Translations under genes and position numbers: made by a program
Shown here: positions 18,164 to 27,602 of the stretch, in pieces
How positions within the stretch are numbered: the first letter of the stretch is position 1
Layout of the letters: each line of letters starts with the position of its first letter
The notes under the pieces: generated by a model
Seen by the model: only the letters and a program-made list of their open reading frames with translations
Told to the model about the DNA's origin: nothing
Database searches by the model: none
Assembly: GCA_902536935.1 (NCBI GenBank)
Contig: CACAZM010000001.1
Span: forward strand, 22,013 to 86,012
Direction: 5' to 3'
From: an uncultured Bacteroidota bacterium
Lineage (GTDB): Bacteria > Bacteroidota > Bacteroidia > Flavobacteriales > Flavobacteriaceae
DNA: 64,000 bases

Positions 18164-19675
18164 ATGAAAGCATTACTGATGATTTTGGATGGCTGGGGTA
18201 TCTCTCCAGACCCTTCTATATCGGCGGTTGACCAAGCATATACGCCTTTTATCGATTCTTTGTATGAGAACAATCCCCACGCCACACTCCGTACAGACGG
18301 TATGGATGTTGGGCTTCCCAATGGACAGATGGGAAACAGTGAGGTTGGACATGTTAATTTGGGTGCTGGCAGAGTGGTCTATCAAGACCTCGCCAAAATC
18401 AATATAGCTGTTGACAAGGATACTCTCAAAGATGAGCCCGTATTGCAAGAAGCTTTCAAAACTGCCAAAGAAAACAAGGTTAAACTTCATTTTCTTGGTT
18501 TGGTTTCGGACGGTGGCGTACATGCCCATATCAACCACATCAAAGGATTGGTTCATGCTGCCAAGCTTGCCAAAGTTCCCGATGTCTATGTCCATGCCTT
18601 TACCGATGGACGAGATGTTGACCCCAAATCCGGAGCAGGATTTATTGAGGAGTTGCAAGAAAGCTGTACTGCCAACAACGCTCAAATCGCATCGGTCGTT
18701 GGACGTTATTACGCAATGGATCGAGACAAGCGCTGGGAGCGTGTCAAAAAAGCTTATGATTTATTGGTTCATGGGAAAGGCAAATCAACTACTGATTTTG
18801 TTGAAACTATGCAAAATAGCTACGCAAATGGCACCACGGATGAATTTATCGAACCACTTGTTGGTGTTGGAACAAATAATCAACCCATAGCGACCATACG
18901 AGCCGGTGATGTGGTAGTGTTTTTTAACTTCCGAACGGATAGAGGTCGACAATTGACAAAAGCACTGTATCAGCAAGATTTTGAGCAGTACGAAATGAAA
19001 AAACAAGACCTTCATTTTGTAACGCTAACCAATTACGACGACTCTTTTAAGGGGGTTCACGTCGTTTTTGACAAGGACAATATATCCAATACCCTTGGAG
19101 AAGTTCTTGCCAAAGCAGGAAAAAAGCAAATTCGAATTGCGGAAACAGAAAAGTATCCCCACGTGACATTTTTCTTTAACGGCGGGCGTGAGGAACCATT
19201 TGAAGGCGAAGAGCGCATTCTATGCCCCTCGCCCAAAGTTGCAACCTATGACCTTCAGCCAGAGATGAGTGCCTATGAGTTAAGAGATGCCATCGTTCCC
19301 AAACTTTGTAACCAAGAAACAGATTTTGTTTGCCTCAACTTTGCCAATCCTGATATGGTTGGACATACAGGTAGTATGGAGGCAGCTATCAAAGCTTGCG
19401 AAACGGTTGATGCCTGTGCTAAGGATGTGGTTGAAGCCGCCAGAGCAGGTGGTTTTAGCGTTCTAATAATTGCTGATCACGGCAATTGTGATACGATGAT
19501 CAATCCCGACGGAACCCCTAATACCGCACACACAACCAATCCCGTTCCTTTGATATTGATCGATGATAAGTACGAATCCATAAAAAATGGTAATTTGGGG
19601 AATATTGCACCGACTATCCTAGGCCTTATGGGTGTAGAAAAACCAGCTGAAATGACAGCAAACTCTTTATTATAA
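18164..19675 (+). CDS. gpmI: 2,3-bisphosphoglycerate-independent phosphoglycerate mutase
   Basis: MKALLMILDGWG, GNSEVGH, ADHGN motifs, 503 aa. The track start at 18131 is a TTG. Confidence 0.95.
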   Translation: MKALLMILDGWGISPDPSISAVDQAYTPFIDSLYENNPHATLRTDGMDVGLPNGQMGNSEVGHVNLGAGRVVYQDLAKINIAVDKDTLKDEPVLQEAFKTAKENKVKLHFLGLVSDGGVHAHINHIKGLVHAAKLAKVPDVYVHAFTDGRDVDPKSGAGFIEELQESCTANNAQIASVVGRYYAMDRDKRWERVKKAYDLLVHGKGKSTTDFVETMQNSYANGTTDEFIEPLVGVGTNNQPIATIRAGDVVVFFNFRTDRGRQLTKALYQQDFEQYEMKKQDLHFVTLTNYDDSFKGVHVVFDKDNISNTLGEVLAKAGKKQIRIAETEKYPHVTFFFNGGREEPFEGEERILCPSPKVATYDLQPEMSAYELRDAIVPKLCNQETDFVCLNFANPDMVGHTGSMEAAIKACETVDACAKDVVEAARAGGFSVLIIADHGNCDTMINPDGTPNTAHTTNPVPLILIDDKYESIKNGNLGNIAPTILGLMGVEKPAEMTANSLL

Positions 19676-19679
19676 TGGT

Positions 19680-20177
19680 ATGAAAAATAATTTCCTATAT
19701 CTATTTTGCATTTTTGGCTCTGTGGCATGCACAACACCATTCCAATCTTTTGGAGAATTTAGCAGAAACCAATTGGAAAACAGCACCCACAACAGCTGGT
19801 TTGTAGAAAACTACAATGCACACCCTTTAAACGAAACACTGGTTTCACAAATCGATTCTTTGATTGATGATATCGATATAAAAATATTTATGGGCACTTG
19901 GTGTGAAGACAGTCAACGAGAAGTGCCTGGTTTTTTTAAAATCATAGACGCTCTTAAAGCCAATGATCAAGTCCAACCGATAGTTGGCCTAAACGAGGAC
20001 AAAGTCAGCCACAATGGGAGTGCTAAACAGGCTGGAATTACCAATGTCCCCACCTTTGTCCTTTCAAAAAACGGCCAAGAAATCAATCGGATTGTTGAGT
20101 TTCCGATCATTTCCTTAGAGCAAGATATCCTCGACATCCTCCAAGACAAGGGTTATAAGCACGCATACGATTTTTAG
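19680..20177 (+). CDS. Thioredoxin-fold lipoprotein (monothiol WCxxS variant)
   Basis: Lipobox-like FGSVAC, a thioredoxin-fold core FMGTWCEDSQREVP, then VPTFVL. Confidence 0.6.
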   Translation: MKNNFLYLFCIFGSVACTTPFQSFGEFSRNQLENSTHNSWFVENYNAHPLNETLVSQIDSLIDDIDIKIFMGTWCEDSQREVPGFFKIIDALKANDQVQPIVGLNEDKVSHNGSAKQAGITNVPTFVLSKNGQEINRIVEFPIISLEQDILDILQDKGYKHAYDF

Positions 20178-20179
20178 AA

Positions 20180-20998
20180 ATGGCTTTGCAAAAAACAGCT
20201 GAGGAAATCGAACTCATCAGAGAGAGTGCGCTCGTGGTGTCCAGGACTTTGGGCATGCTCGCAGGAGAAATCAAACCCGGCGTAACAACATTATATCTCG
20301 ACGGTCTTGCCGAAACCTTCATTCGTGATCACGGAGCAGAGCCCGGTTTTCTTGGACTATACGATTTTCCCAATACCCTTTGTGTCAGCCCCAATGCTCA
20401 GGTGGTGCATGGTATTCCCAATGACAAACCATTAGAAAATGGTGTTATCGTTTCAGTCGACTGCGGCGCATTAAAAAATGGATATTACGGCGATCATGCC
20501 TATACGTTTGCAGTTGGGGATATCGATAAAGAAACCCAGCAGCTACTCAAGGTAACCAAGGCATCCTTATATATTGGCATTGAGCAATTTTGTGTCGGCA
20601 AACGAGTCGGTGATGTTGGTCATGCCATACAGCAATATGTGGAGTCACATGGCTATGGGGTTGTTCGCGAGTTGGTCGGACATGGTCTAGGTAAAACCAT
20701 GCACGAAAAACCAGAAATGCCAAACTACGGACGACGAGGTAGTGGTAAGGCTTTTCAAGAGGGGATGGTCGTCGCCCTTGAACCCATGATTAATATGGGG
20801 ACTCACAAAATCAATCAGCTTTCTGACGGCTGGACAATCTTGACTGCAGACCGTAAACCAAGTGCGCATTTTGAGCACAATATTGCAATTGTTAATGGTC
20901 AACCTGAATTGCTCTCCACTTTTGATTATGTTTATCAAGCACTTGGCATTCAAAGTGATGAAGAGGATCGCTTTCGAACAAAACCATTAAGCAAGTGA
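20180..20998 (+). CDS. map: Type I methionine aminopeptidase
   Basis: Metal ligands in context (VSVDCGA, GDHAYTF, HGLG, ALEPM, FEHNI), 272 aa. Confidence 0.95.
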   Translation: MALQKTAEEIELIRESALVVSRTLGMLAGEIKPGVTTLYLDGLAETFIRDHGAEPGFLGLYDFPNTLCVSPNAQVVHGIPNDKPLENGVIVSVDCGALKNGYYGDHAYTFAVGDIDKETQQLLKVTKASLYIGIEQFCVGKRVGDVGHAIQQYVESHGYGVVRELVGHGLGKTMHEKPEMPNYGRRGSGKAFQEGMVVALEPMINMGTHKINQLSDGWTILTADRKPSAHFEHNIAIVNGQPELLSTFDYVYQALGIQSDEEDRFRTKPLSK

Positions 20999-21762
20999 GT
21001 GCCTTGTTTCGTTTTGCATTGCGTCTGTTTCCTCGCCCACTATTGATAAGACTAAGTCAATGGCTTTATCCCCTACTCGACTTGTGGTATCGCGGCAAGG
21101 GATTTACCGATCCAATCAGTGGAAAATCCTATCGTAAGTTTTTACCCTATGGCTACCAAAAACAACGGTCAAATGTGCTGAGCCCGGGAACTCTTTCACT
21201 CGAAAGACATCGACTGTTGTGGTTGTATTTTGATCGAGAAACCGACTTTTTCGATCGTGCTGCTGATGTCTTACATATCGCCCCCGAACAGGCCTTTGTC
21301 AAACGCTTTCGACAGCTAAATCACCGAAGCTATATCACTTCTGACTTACACTCTCCCATCGCCGATGTACAAGCTGATATTTGTAACCTCCCTTTTTCCG
21401 ATCAACAGTTTGATTGGGTCATTTGCAATCATGTTTTGGAACACATCCCCAATGATAAAATCGCCATGCAAGAGATATATCGCGTACTAAAACCTGGAGG
21501 AACTGCCATTCTACAGGTTCCCTTACGCCTCGATCTAAACACCTTTGAAGACGATCGCATTACAGACCCCAAAGAGCGTGCCCACGTTTTTGGACAATAT
21601 GATCACGTTCGAATCTATGGGAAAGACTATCAAGACAGACTTGAGCAAATTGGCTTTCAAGTAAAGATGTTGGCTTATGCTGAGCAACTTACTTTAGAAG
21701 AAAAGAAACGCTATGCAGTGCCAGCCAACGAAATTATTCCGGTTTGCACTAAGGTAAATTGA
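20995..21762 (+). CDS. Class I SAM-dependent methyltransferase
   Basis: FDWVICNHVLEHIPND and LKPGGTAILQVP motifs (Methyltransf_11-like). GTG start overlapping the map stop (GTGA). Confidence 0.7.
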   Translation: MSALFRFALRLFPRPLLIRLSQWLYPLLDLWYRGKGFTDPISGKSYRKFLPYGYQKQRSNVLSPGTLSLERHRLLWLYFDRETDFFDRAADVLHIAPEQAFVKRFRQLNHRSYITSDLHSPIADVQADICNLPFSDQQFDWVICNHVLEHIPNDKIAMQEIYRVLKPGGTAILQVPLRLDLNTFEDDRITDPKERAHVFGQYDHVRIYGKDYQDRLEQIGFQVKMLAYAEQLTLEEKKRYAVPANEIIPVCTKVN

Positions 21763-22768
21763 GTGAAGGAAATCCTGGACTCCGATGAATATCATAGTTT
21801 CCATTATCCCCAGCAAGAACCAACATATATTCAATCCCATCCAAGGATAATGTTTCAATCTTCGACATTGGCATCGACATCAAGGCCGTGGCATAGGCAT
21901 CTGCAGTCATACATTCTGCTGCAATCACCGAGGCACTCAGCACATTAGATGGCCGTGCCGTGCCGTCAAAAGGATTAATCGTGTGTACGTACTTGTTCCC
22001 TTTTTCGTCAATTCGGAATTTTCGATAATTTCCAGAAGTCGCCAAGGCCTGATTTTGAAGTGTGAGTGTTCGCAACAAATCCCTTTCTGCAACATCTTCA
22101 TTGGGCGTATCAATCGCAACAGTCCATGGGCTGTCTTTAAGTATATGCTTGCCTTTGGCTTGGAGCTCACCACCGATCTCAACAAGAGTGTTGGTATAGC
22201 CAAACCTCTTTTCTATCATCGATGATAACACATCAACTGCATATCCTTTACCGATGGCATTAAAGTCTAAGTAAATATTTGGATTGGACTTGTCAATACG
22301 ACCTTCTTCGTGTAGCGTAACTTTTTCAAATCCTGTAAGAGCTAGCAAGCGATCACGATCGGAAGCTGTTAGTGTCGCCAAACCCTCTTCAGGACCAAAA
22401 CCATAGGCATTGACAAGACTCCCAACCGTTGGATCAAAAAACCCTTGAGTGGCTGTAAAAACAGCTTTTGAAGCATTAAAAACCGTTTTGAAATGATGAT
22501 CGACAACCACTTGGTCATCCCCCCGATTGATTTTGGAGATGTCAGAGTTTTTTATGTAGGTTGACATCGATTTGTTTAATACATAAAAAACAGAATCGAT
22601 CGCTGGAACTAAATCGGGATTGACTTTGGTGTCAAAATAGATAATGTTATAGGTTGTCCCCAAGGCATAGCCCGAAACACGTTGGTACTCTATTTTGGAC
22701 GTGCAGCCAACAAGAACGATAACAATGACTAGACTATAAGTCTTGAAGACCTTCATAATTGATCGCAT
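21749..22768 (-). CDS. apbE: FAD:protein FMN transferase ApbE (lipoprotein)
   Basis: Lipobox VLVGC with ApbE motifs (GAIGKGYAVD, ATSGNYRKF, HTINPFDG, ADAYATAL). It lies downstream of nqrF, as expected for the flavinylation factor of NqrB/NqrC. An alternative ATG is at 22756. Confidence 0.9.
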   Translation of the reverse strand: MRSIMKVFKTYSLVIVIVLVGCTSKIEYQRVSGYALGTTYNIIYFDTKVNPDLVPAIDSVFYVLNKSMSTYIKNSDISKINRGDDQVVVDHHFKTVFNASKAVFTATQGFFDPTVGSLVNAYGFGPEEGLATLTASDRDRLLALTGFEKVTLHEEGRIDKSNPNIYLDFNAIGKGYAVDVLSSMIEKRFGYTNTLVEIGGELQAKGKHILKDSPWTVAIDTPNEDVAERDLLRTLTLQNQALATSGNYRKFRIDEKGNKYVHTINPFDGTARPSNVLSASVIAAECMTADAYATALMSMPMSKIETLSLDGIEYMLVLAGDNGNYDIHRSPGFPSLNLP

Positions 22769-23111
22769 AGGGTTTAGACTTCATCAAAGGTAAGTCGTAA
22801 TTGTCAGCTCGCGCAAATCCAACTCCAGCAAAACAGACTGAGGCGTCGTATTTTTCTGCGTGGGCTTTGATTTTGTCGAGAAGTTCTAGATCGTAATCCT
22901 TTGGGTTGGCGGGATACACAGTTGCCTTTACCACGATAAAAATGAGTTGTTTTTCTTTTTTGCAAACAAACTGAGGATCTTTACTGAGTTCACTATTGAC
23001 CGCAACAAATTCGTATCCTTGCGCGATGAGATCATCACCCACTGTTTTCATCGCCAATTGATGTAACTCTTGTTCTGAGGGCTTATCCGCCAAAGTCGTC
23101 AAATCGAACAT
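22734..23111 (-). CDS. Hypothetical cytoplasmic protein embedded between nqrF and apbE
   Basis: 125 aa from the ATG at 23111 (the track start at 23150 is a TTG). It overlaps the nqrF 3' end by 29 nt and the apbE 5' end. It has no TM or signal peptide, and I recognise no family. Confidence 0.5.
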   Translation of the reverse strand: MFDLTTLADKPSEQELHQLAMKTVGDDLIAQGYEFVAVNSELSKDPQFVCKKEKQLIFIVVKATVYPANPKDYDLELLDKIKAHAEKYDASVCFAGVGFARADNYDLPLMKSKPYAINYEGLQDL

Positions 23112-24378
23112 TTTCTGGCGGAACGCCAAAGTCTTCGGCCATTTTCTCAACCGCCATATTCATCAGTGGAGGTCCGCAGAAATACACCTCAATATCCTCG
23201 GGCTCCTCGTGATGGTTGAGATATTGGTCGATCGCAACTTGGTGAACAAATCCAATAAATCCATCACCATCAGCGTCCAAATTGTCCTTCACCTTCCAGT
23301 TATCTTCCTCTAAGGGCTCGGAAAGTGCAACATAAAATTTAAAGTTCGGAAAATCTTTTTCCAAAGCACGAAAATGATCGACATAGAACAACTCACGACG
23401 TGAACGACCACCATACCAAAATGTAACTTTACGACCAGTTTTAAGTGTACGGAACAAGTGATACAAGTGAGAACGCATAGGTGCCATTCCTGCACCTCCC
23501 CCAACATACAACATTTCAGATTCTGAGTGGTTGATAAAAAACTCTCCGTAAGGACCTGAAATTGTTACTTTATCTCCAGGTTTTTTCGAGAAAATATAGG
23601 ACGATGCAACACCCGGGTTAACATCCATCCATGCATTTTTATTTCGATCCCATGGGGGCGTAGCGATACGTACGTTGAGCATAATCTCTTTACCTTCAGC
23701 TGGGTAGGAAGCCATCGAATAGGCTCGCTCTACAACCTCAGTATTTTTCATCTTGAGATCCCAGAGGCCAAACTTGTCCCATTCGAGTTGAAACTTGTTC
23801 GCGTCATCAGGGTGCTCATCAGGGTGAGCAGAAATATCAATGTCTTTATATGGAATTTCACATTGTGGGATTTCAATTTGAATATAGCCCCCTGCCTTAT
23901 AGTCCATCTCCTCAGGAATCGCAACGACAAACTCTTTGATAAATGAAGCCACGTTCCAGTTACGAACCACGGTAGCTTCGTATTTTTTGATTCCAAACAC
24001 CTCTTCAGGTACTTCGATAACCATATCTTGCTTGACTTTAACTTGGCAGCCCAAGCGCCAACCCTCTGCTATCTCCTTTCTAGTAAAGTGTGGTGCTTCT
24101 GTGGGGAGTATCTCACCTCCACCCTCTTTGATAATACATTTACACTGAATGCAAGTTCCCCCTCCACCACAAGCTGATGGTAAAAAAATTTTATTATTTC
24201 CAAGCGTAGTGAGAAGCGTACTCCCAGAGCCAACCTCAACATCTTGAGACCCATTAATCATCAGTTTTACTGGTCCCGAAGGAAGCAACTTTGCTTTGAC
24301 ACCCAATAGCATTCCAACCAATAGGAACACGATAACCATAAAAACAACTACACTAGAAAGAACAACTGTAATATCCAT
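23083..24378 (-). CDS. nqrF: Na+-translocating NADH:quinone reductase subunit F
   Basis: N-terminal TM helix, a 2Fe-2S ferredoxin motif ([12 protein letters not shown]) and an FAD/NADH-binding domain ([15 protein letters not shown]), 431 aa. Confidence 0.95.
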   Translation of the reverse strand: MDITVVLSSVVVFMVIVFLLVGMLLGVKAKLLPSGPVKLMINGSQDVEVGSGSTLLTTLGNNKIFLPSACGGGGTCIQCKCIIKEGGGEILPTEAPHFTRKEIAEGWRLGCQVKVKQDMVIEVPEEVFGIKKYEATVVRNWNVASFIKEFVVAIPEEMDYKAGGYIQIEIPQCEIPYKDIDISAHPDEHPDDANKFQLEWDKFGLWDLKMKNTEVVERAYSMASYPAEGKEIMLNVRIATPPWDRNKNAWMDVNPGVASSYIFSKKPGDKVTISGPYGEFFINHSESEMLYVGGGAGMAPMRSHLYHLFRTLKTGRKVTFWYGGRSRRELFYVDHFRALEKDFPNFKFYVALSEPLEEDNWKVKDNLDADGDGFIGFVHQVAIDQYLNHHEEPEDIEVYFCGPPLMNMAVEKMAEDFGVPPENVRFDDFGG

Positions 24379-24383
24379 AATGC

Positions 24384-24998
24384 TTAAATCTTAATTCCCA
24401 TAAAGCTCATAAACCCAATGGCCATGAGACCTGTTATTATAAATGTGATTCCCAACCCACGCAAAGGCGCTGGTATGTTAGAATAGGCAATCTTTTCGCG
24501 AATGGCGGCAATTGCAAGAATAGCCAAGAAAAAGCCAATTCCTGATCCCGCTCCGTAAATTGCGGATTCCCCAATGCCTGCAAAGTCTTTTTGCTGCATA
24601 AATAAACTCCCCCCGAGTATCGCACAGTTTACAGCGATCAGTGGTAAAAAGATTCCAAGAGCGCCATAGAGAGCCGGTGCAAATTTTTCAACAATCATTT
24701 CAACAAGCTGTACCATGGAAGCAATCACCGCAATAAACATAATAAAGCTCAAAAAGCTCAAGTCAACATCTGCATAGCTTGAATCGAGCCATAGCAAAGC
24801 TCCTGGTCGTAGCAAATAGCTATCTAGCAAATAATTGATGGGAACGGTAATCGACAAGACAAATACGACAGCAAGTCCAAGTCCAACTGCAGTTTTTACC
24901 GTTTTGGAAACTGCTAGGTAAGAACACATTCCCAAGAAATAGGCAAAAACCATGTTCTCAATAAAAATACTTCGTACAAATAAGTTTACGTAATCCAT
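24384..24998 (-). CDS. nqrE: Na+-translocating NADH:quinone reductase subunit E
   Basis: 204-aa polytopic membrane protein, Rnf/Nqr E-type ([21 protein letters not shown]), in order within the operon. Confidence 0.95.
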   Translation of the reverse strand: MDYVNLFVRSIFIENMVFAYFLGMCSYLAVSKTVKTAVGLGLAVVFVLSITVPINYLLDSYLLRPGALLWLDSSYADVDLSFLSFIMFIAVIASMVQLVEMIVEKFAPALYGALGIFLPLIAVNCAILGGSLFMQQKDFAGIGESAIYGAGSGIGFFLAILAIAAIREKIAYSNIPAPLRGLGITFIITGLMAIGFMSFMGIKI

Positions 24999-25003
24999 GA
25001 GAT

Positions 25004-25687
25004 TTATCCTTTTTCTATGAGTTTTCGATTACGGGCACGCTGTAGCCAGATGATAACACCAACGGTAATGAGCGCCATTGGAGAGAGCAACATAAAACCG
25101 TTGTTGACATATCCCATTTCGTAGAGAGATTCTGGAATAATTTGGTAACCATATAGCTTACCCGATCCAAAAAGTTCTCTAAAAAACGCAACCAATATGA
25201 GCATAAAGCCATATCCAGCAGCATTTCCAACACCGTCTAAAAGAGACTTCCAAACGCCATTACCCAAAGCAAAGGCCTCCAGACGTCCCATGACAATACA
25301 GTTTGTAATGATCAGCCCGATAAATATCGATAGCTGTTTACTCACGTCATATGCATAAGCACGTAAAATTTGATCTACTAGAATCACCATAGAGGCAACG
25401 ACAACGAGCTGTACTATGATTCGAATACGATTCGGAATCAGATTTCTCAATAGTGAAACGATCACATTACTCGCGCCCATCACGGCAATCACAGAGATGG
25501 TCATCACGATTGCCGGCTCAAGCTGAACGGTAATCGCCAATGCAGAACAAATTCCGAGTACCTGAACGGTAATGGGATTATTATCATCTAAAGGGTCTGT
25601 TAGTAGCGCCCTGTTCTTTTTAGAAAACAACGGCTCTTTCTCCTTAGCGACAAAAAGAACAAGTGGTTTGTTTGTTTTTTTAGACAT
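25004..25687 (-). CDS. nqrD: Na+-translocating NADH:quinone reductase subunit D
   Basis: 227-aa polytopic membrane protein ([19 protein letters not shown]), in order within the operon. Confidence 0.95.
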   Translation of the reverse strand: MSKKTNKPLVLFVAKEKEPLFSKKNRALLTDPLDDNNPITVQVLGICSALAITVQLEPAIVMTISVIAVMGASNVIVSLLRNLIPNRIRIIVQLVVVASMVILVDQILRAYAYDVSKQLSIFIGLIITNCIVMGRLEAFALGNGVWKSLLDGVGNAAGYGFMLILVAFFRELFGSGKLYGYQIIPESLYEMGYVNNGFMLLSPMALITVGVIIWLQRARNRKLIEKG

Positions 25688-25692
25688 ATCGA

Positions 25693-26436
25693 TTAGTCAT
25701 TTACAGCAATTGCTGTTGTGGTTTGGTTTTTTGTTAGGTAGGATTGATAGTGCGTGAGACGTTCCATAATCATATCTGAAACACCATCACCTGTAATTGT
25801 CGCCCCAGAAATTGCATCAACCTCATGGTCGTCTTTATCAAGGTCTTTTGGATCGTTGTTTGTTTTGGAAACGGAGATGCCAACCAATTTGGCGTCATTG
25901 TCAAATACTTTTTCTCCAACAAAGCGATTCATAAACCATTGCTGGGTGATCTCAGCACCCAAACCAGCGGTTTCAGCTTTGTGGTCAAACACAGCTCCTT
26001 TGATCGTATTTCGATCGGATTCCAAAGCGATATATCCCCAAATGGCATCCCATAGCCCAGAACCGCGCAGAGGAATAATGTAATATGACGCTTCCTTTAC
26101 GTTTGCCAAATAGAGTGGGAAACGCTGCTCGCTTGGGTCTTTTTTCAATTCCAAGGCGAGTTTGATTCCTGAGAAAGGATCAACATCTTCGTCGACTGAA
26201 CCGTCATTTCGCAAGGCAAGTTGGGAAACAATGTGATCGTTAAAGAGGACTTCAGCCCCATCGCGATCGGTTTCAATGCCAATCGTTGCGAGTATGTTTT
26301 GCATTTTTTCTTTGCGGACATTTTCTTGCTGCAAGTCTTTTAGGGAACTTGCGGTAAAAGCCAGTACGGAAGCGACCACAACCACCATGGCAGCGGCAAA
26401 TCCAAAAGTGTAAGCATTAGAATCTCTGTTCATCAT
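25693..26436 (-). CDS. nqrC: Na+-translocating NADH:quinone reductase subunit C
   Basis: Single N-terminal TM helix and the FMN attachment region DAISGATITGDGV, 247 aa. Confidence 0.95.
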   Translation of the reverse strand: MMNRDSNAYTFGFAAAMVVVVASVLAFTASSLKDLQQENVRKEKMQNILATIGIETDRDGAEVLFNDHIVSQLALRNDGSVDEDVDPFSGIKLALELKKDPSEQRFPLYLANVKEASYYIIPLRGSGLWDAIWGYIALESDRNTIKGAVFDHKAETAGLGAEITQQWFMNRFVGEKVFDNDAKLVGISVSKTNNDPKDLDKDDHEVDAISGATITGDGVSDMIMERLTHYQSYLTKNQTTTAIAVND

Positions 26437-27593
26437 TAAGCAGTTTGCACAGTTGCACTGTGTTGTTTTCTTTTTAGTCTTCGATTGACGTTGGCTTGCA
26501 CCACATAGTGATCAATCGTTGGTGCAAAGACATTCATCAGTAAAATGGCTAGCATCACTCCTTCAGGATAAGCAGGATTAAAGACACGAATTAGTATACA
26601 CAATATCCCCACAAGAATCCCATAGATCCATTTTCCGCGAACAGTTTGTGCTGCAGAAACTGGGTCGGTAGCCATAAAGACAATTCCAAAGGCAAATCCA
26701 CCGACAATCAAGTGGTTCATCCAGTCAAACTGCATCAAGGCGTTGGCACCCCACAGATTGAACAAAAAGCCCATAGCAGCAGCTCCAATCACACCCCCGA
26801 GCATAATACGCCAGCTTCCTACACCTGTAAAAATGAGAATCGCAGCTCCAACCAAAACCCATAATGTAGAGGTCTCTGCTATCGATCCTGGAATGGCACC
26901 ACTAAACATCTCAAACATGCTGTAATCAACATTTACACCAGAAGCGAGAGAACCCAATATCGTTTCCCCAGATATTCCATCTACATTACTCGCCTCAGAA
27001 ACCCATACCTTATTTCCTGACATATAGGTTGGATATGCAAAAAAGGCAAAAGCACGAGCTGTAAGTGCAGGGTTGAGAATATTCATTCCGGTTCCTCCAA
27101 ATGCCTCTTTAGCAATAAAGACCGCAAAAGCAACTGATAAGCCAACCATCCATAATGGAATATCAACTGGCATGATCATCGGAATTAAAAGCCCCGTTAC
27201 CAGATATCCTTCGTTGACTTCATGTCCGCGATAGACCGCAAAAGCAAATTCGATAGCAAGTCCTACCCCATAGGAAACGGCGATCATCGGAAGGATTTTA
27301 AACGATCCATGAAGGAAGGCATCCAGAAAAGTAAAGGCTTCCCCTGTTTGGATATAATATTGATAGCCCGTATTGTAAATTCCATAAATCAAGGCAGGAA
27401 TAAGCGCAATAATAACGGTTACCATTGTACGCTTTAGGTCAACAGCATCTCGAATGTGAGCGCCTTTTTGGGTTGTGTGGTTGGGTACAAATAAAAAGGT
27501 GTCGAAGGCATTTACTGCGGGTGCAAATCGCTCGTATTTCGATCCTTTTGCAAATGGTCTTTTTAAACGGTCAATTTGTTTTCTTAACATCAT
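26436..27593 (-). CDS. nqrB: Na+-translocating NADH:quinone reductase subunit B
   Basis: 385-aa polytopic membrane protein with the FMN attachment motif DGISGETIL. The stop overlaps the nqrC start by 1 nt. Confidence 0.95.
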   Translation of the reverse strand: MMLRKQIDRLKRPFAKGSKYERFAPAVNAFDTFLFVPNHTTQKGAHIRDAVDLKRTMVTVIIALIPALIYGIYNTGYQYYIQTGEAFTFLDAFLHGSFKILPMIAVSYGVGLAIEFAFAVYRGHEVNEGYLVTGLLIPMIMPVDIPLWMVGLSVAFAVFIAKEAFGGTGMNILNPALTARAFAFFAYPTYMSGNKVWVSEASNVDGISGETILGSLASGVNVDYSMFEMFSGAIPGSIAETSTLWVLVGAAILIFTGVGSWRIMLGGVIGAAAMGFLFNLWGANALMQFDWMNHLIVGGFAFGIVFMATDPVSAAQTVRGKWIYGILVGILCILIRVFNPAYPEGVMLAILLMNVFAPTIDHYVVQANVNRRLKRKQHSATVQTA

Positions 27594-27602
27594 AGCTTTT
27601 GA

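Noticed and set aside
22734-23111. Considered that the ORF between nqrF and apbE is NqrM.
   Set aside because: As I remember it, NqrM is a ~70-aa protein with a TM helix and conserved cysteines. This ORF is 125 aa and soluble-looking, with only two scattered Cys residues. It is kept as an unknown instead.
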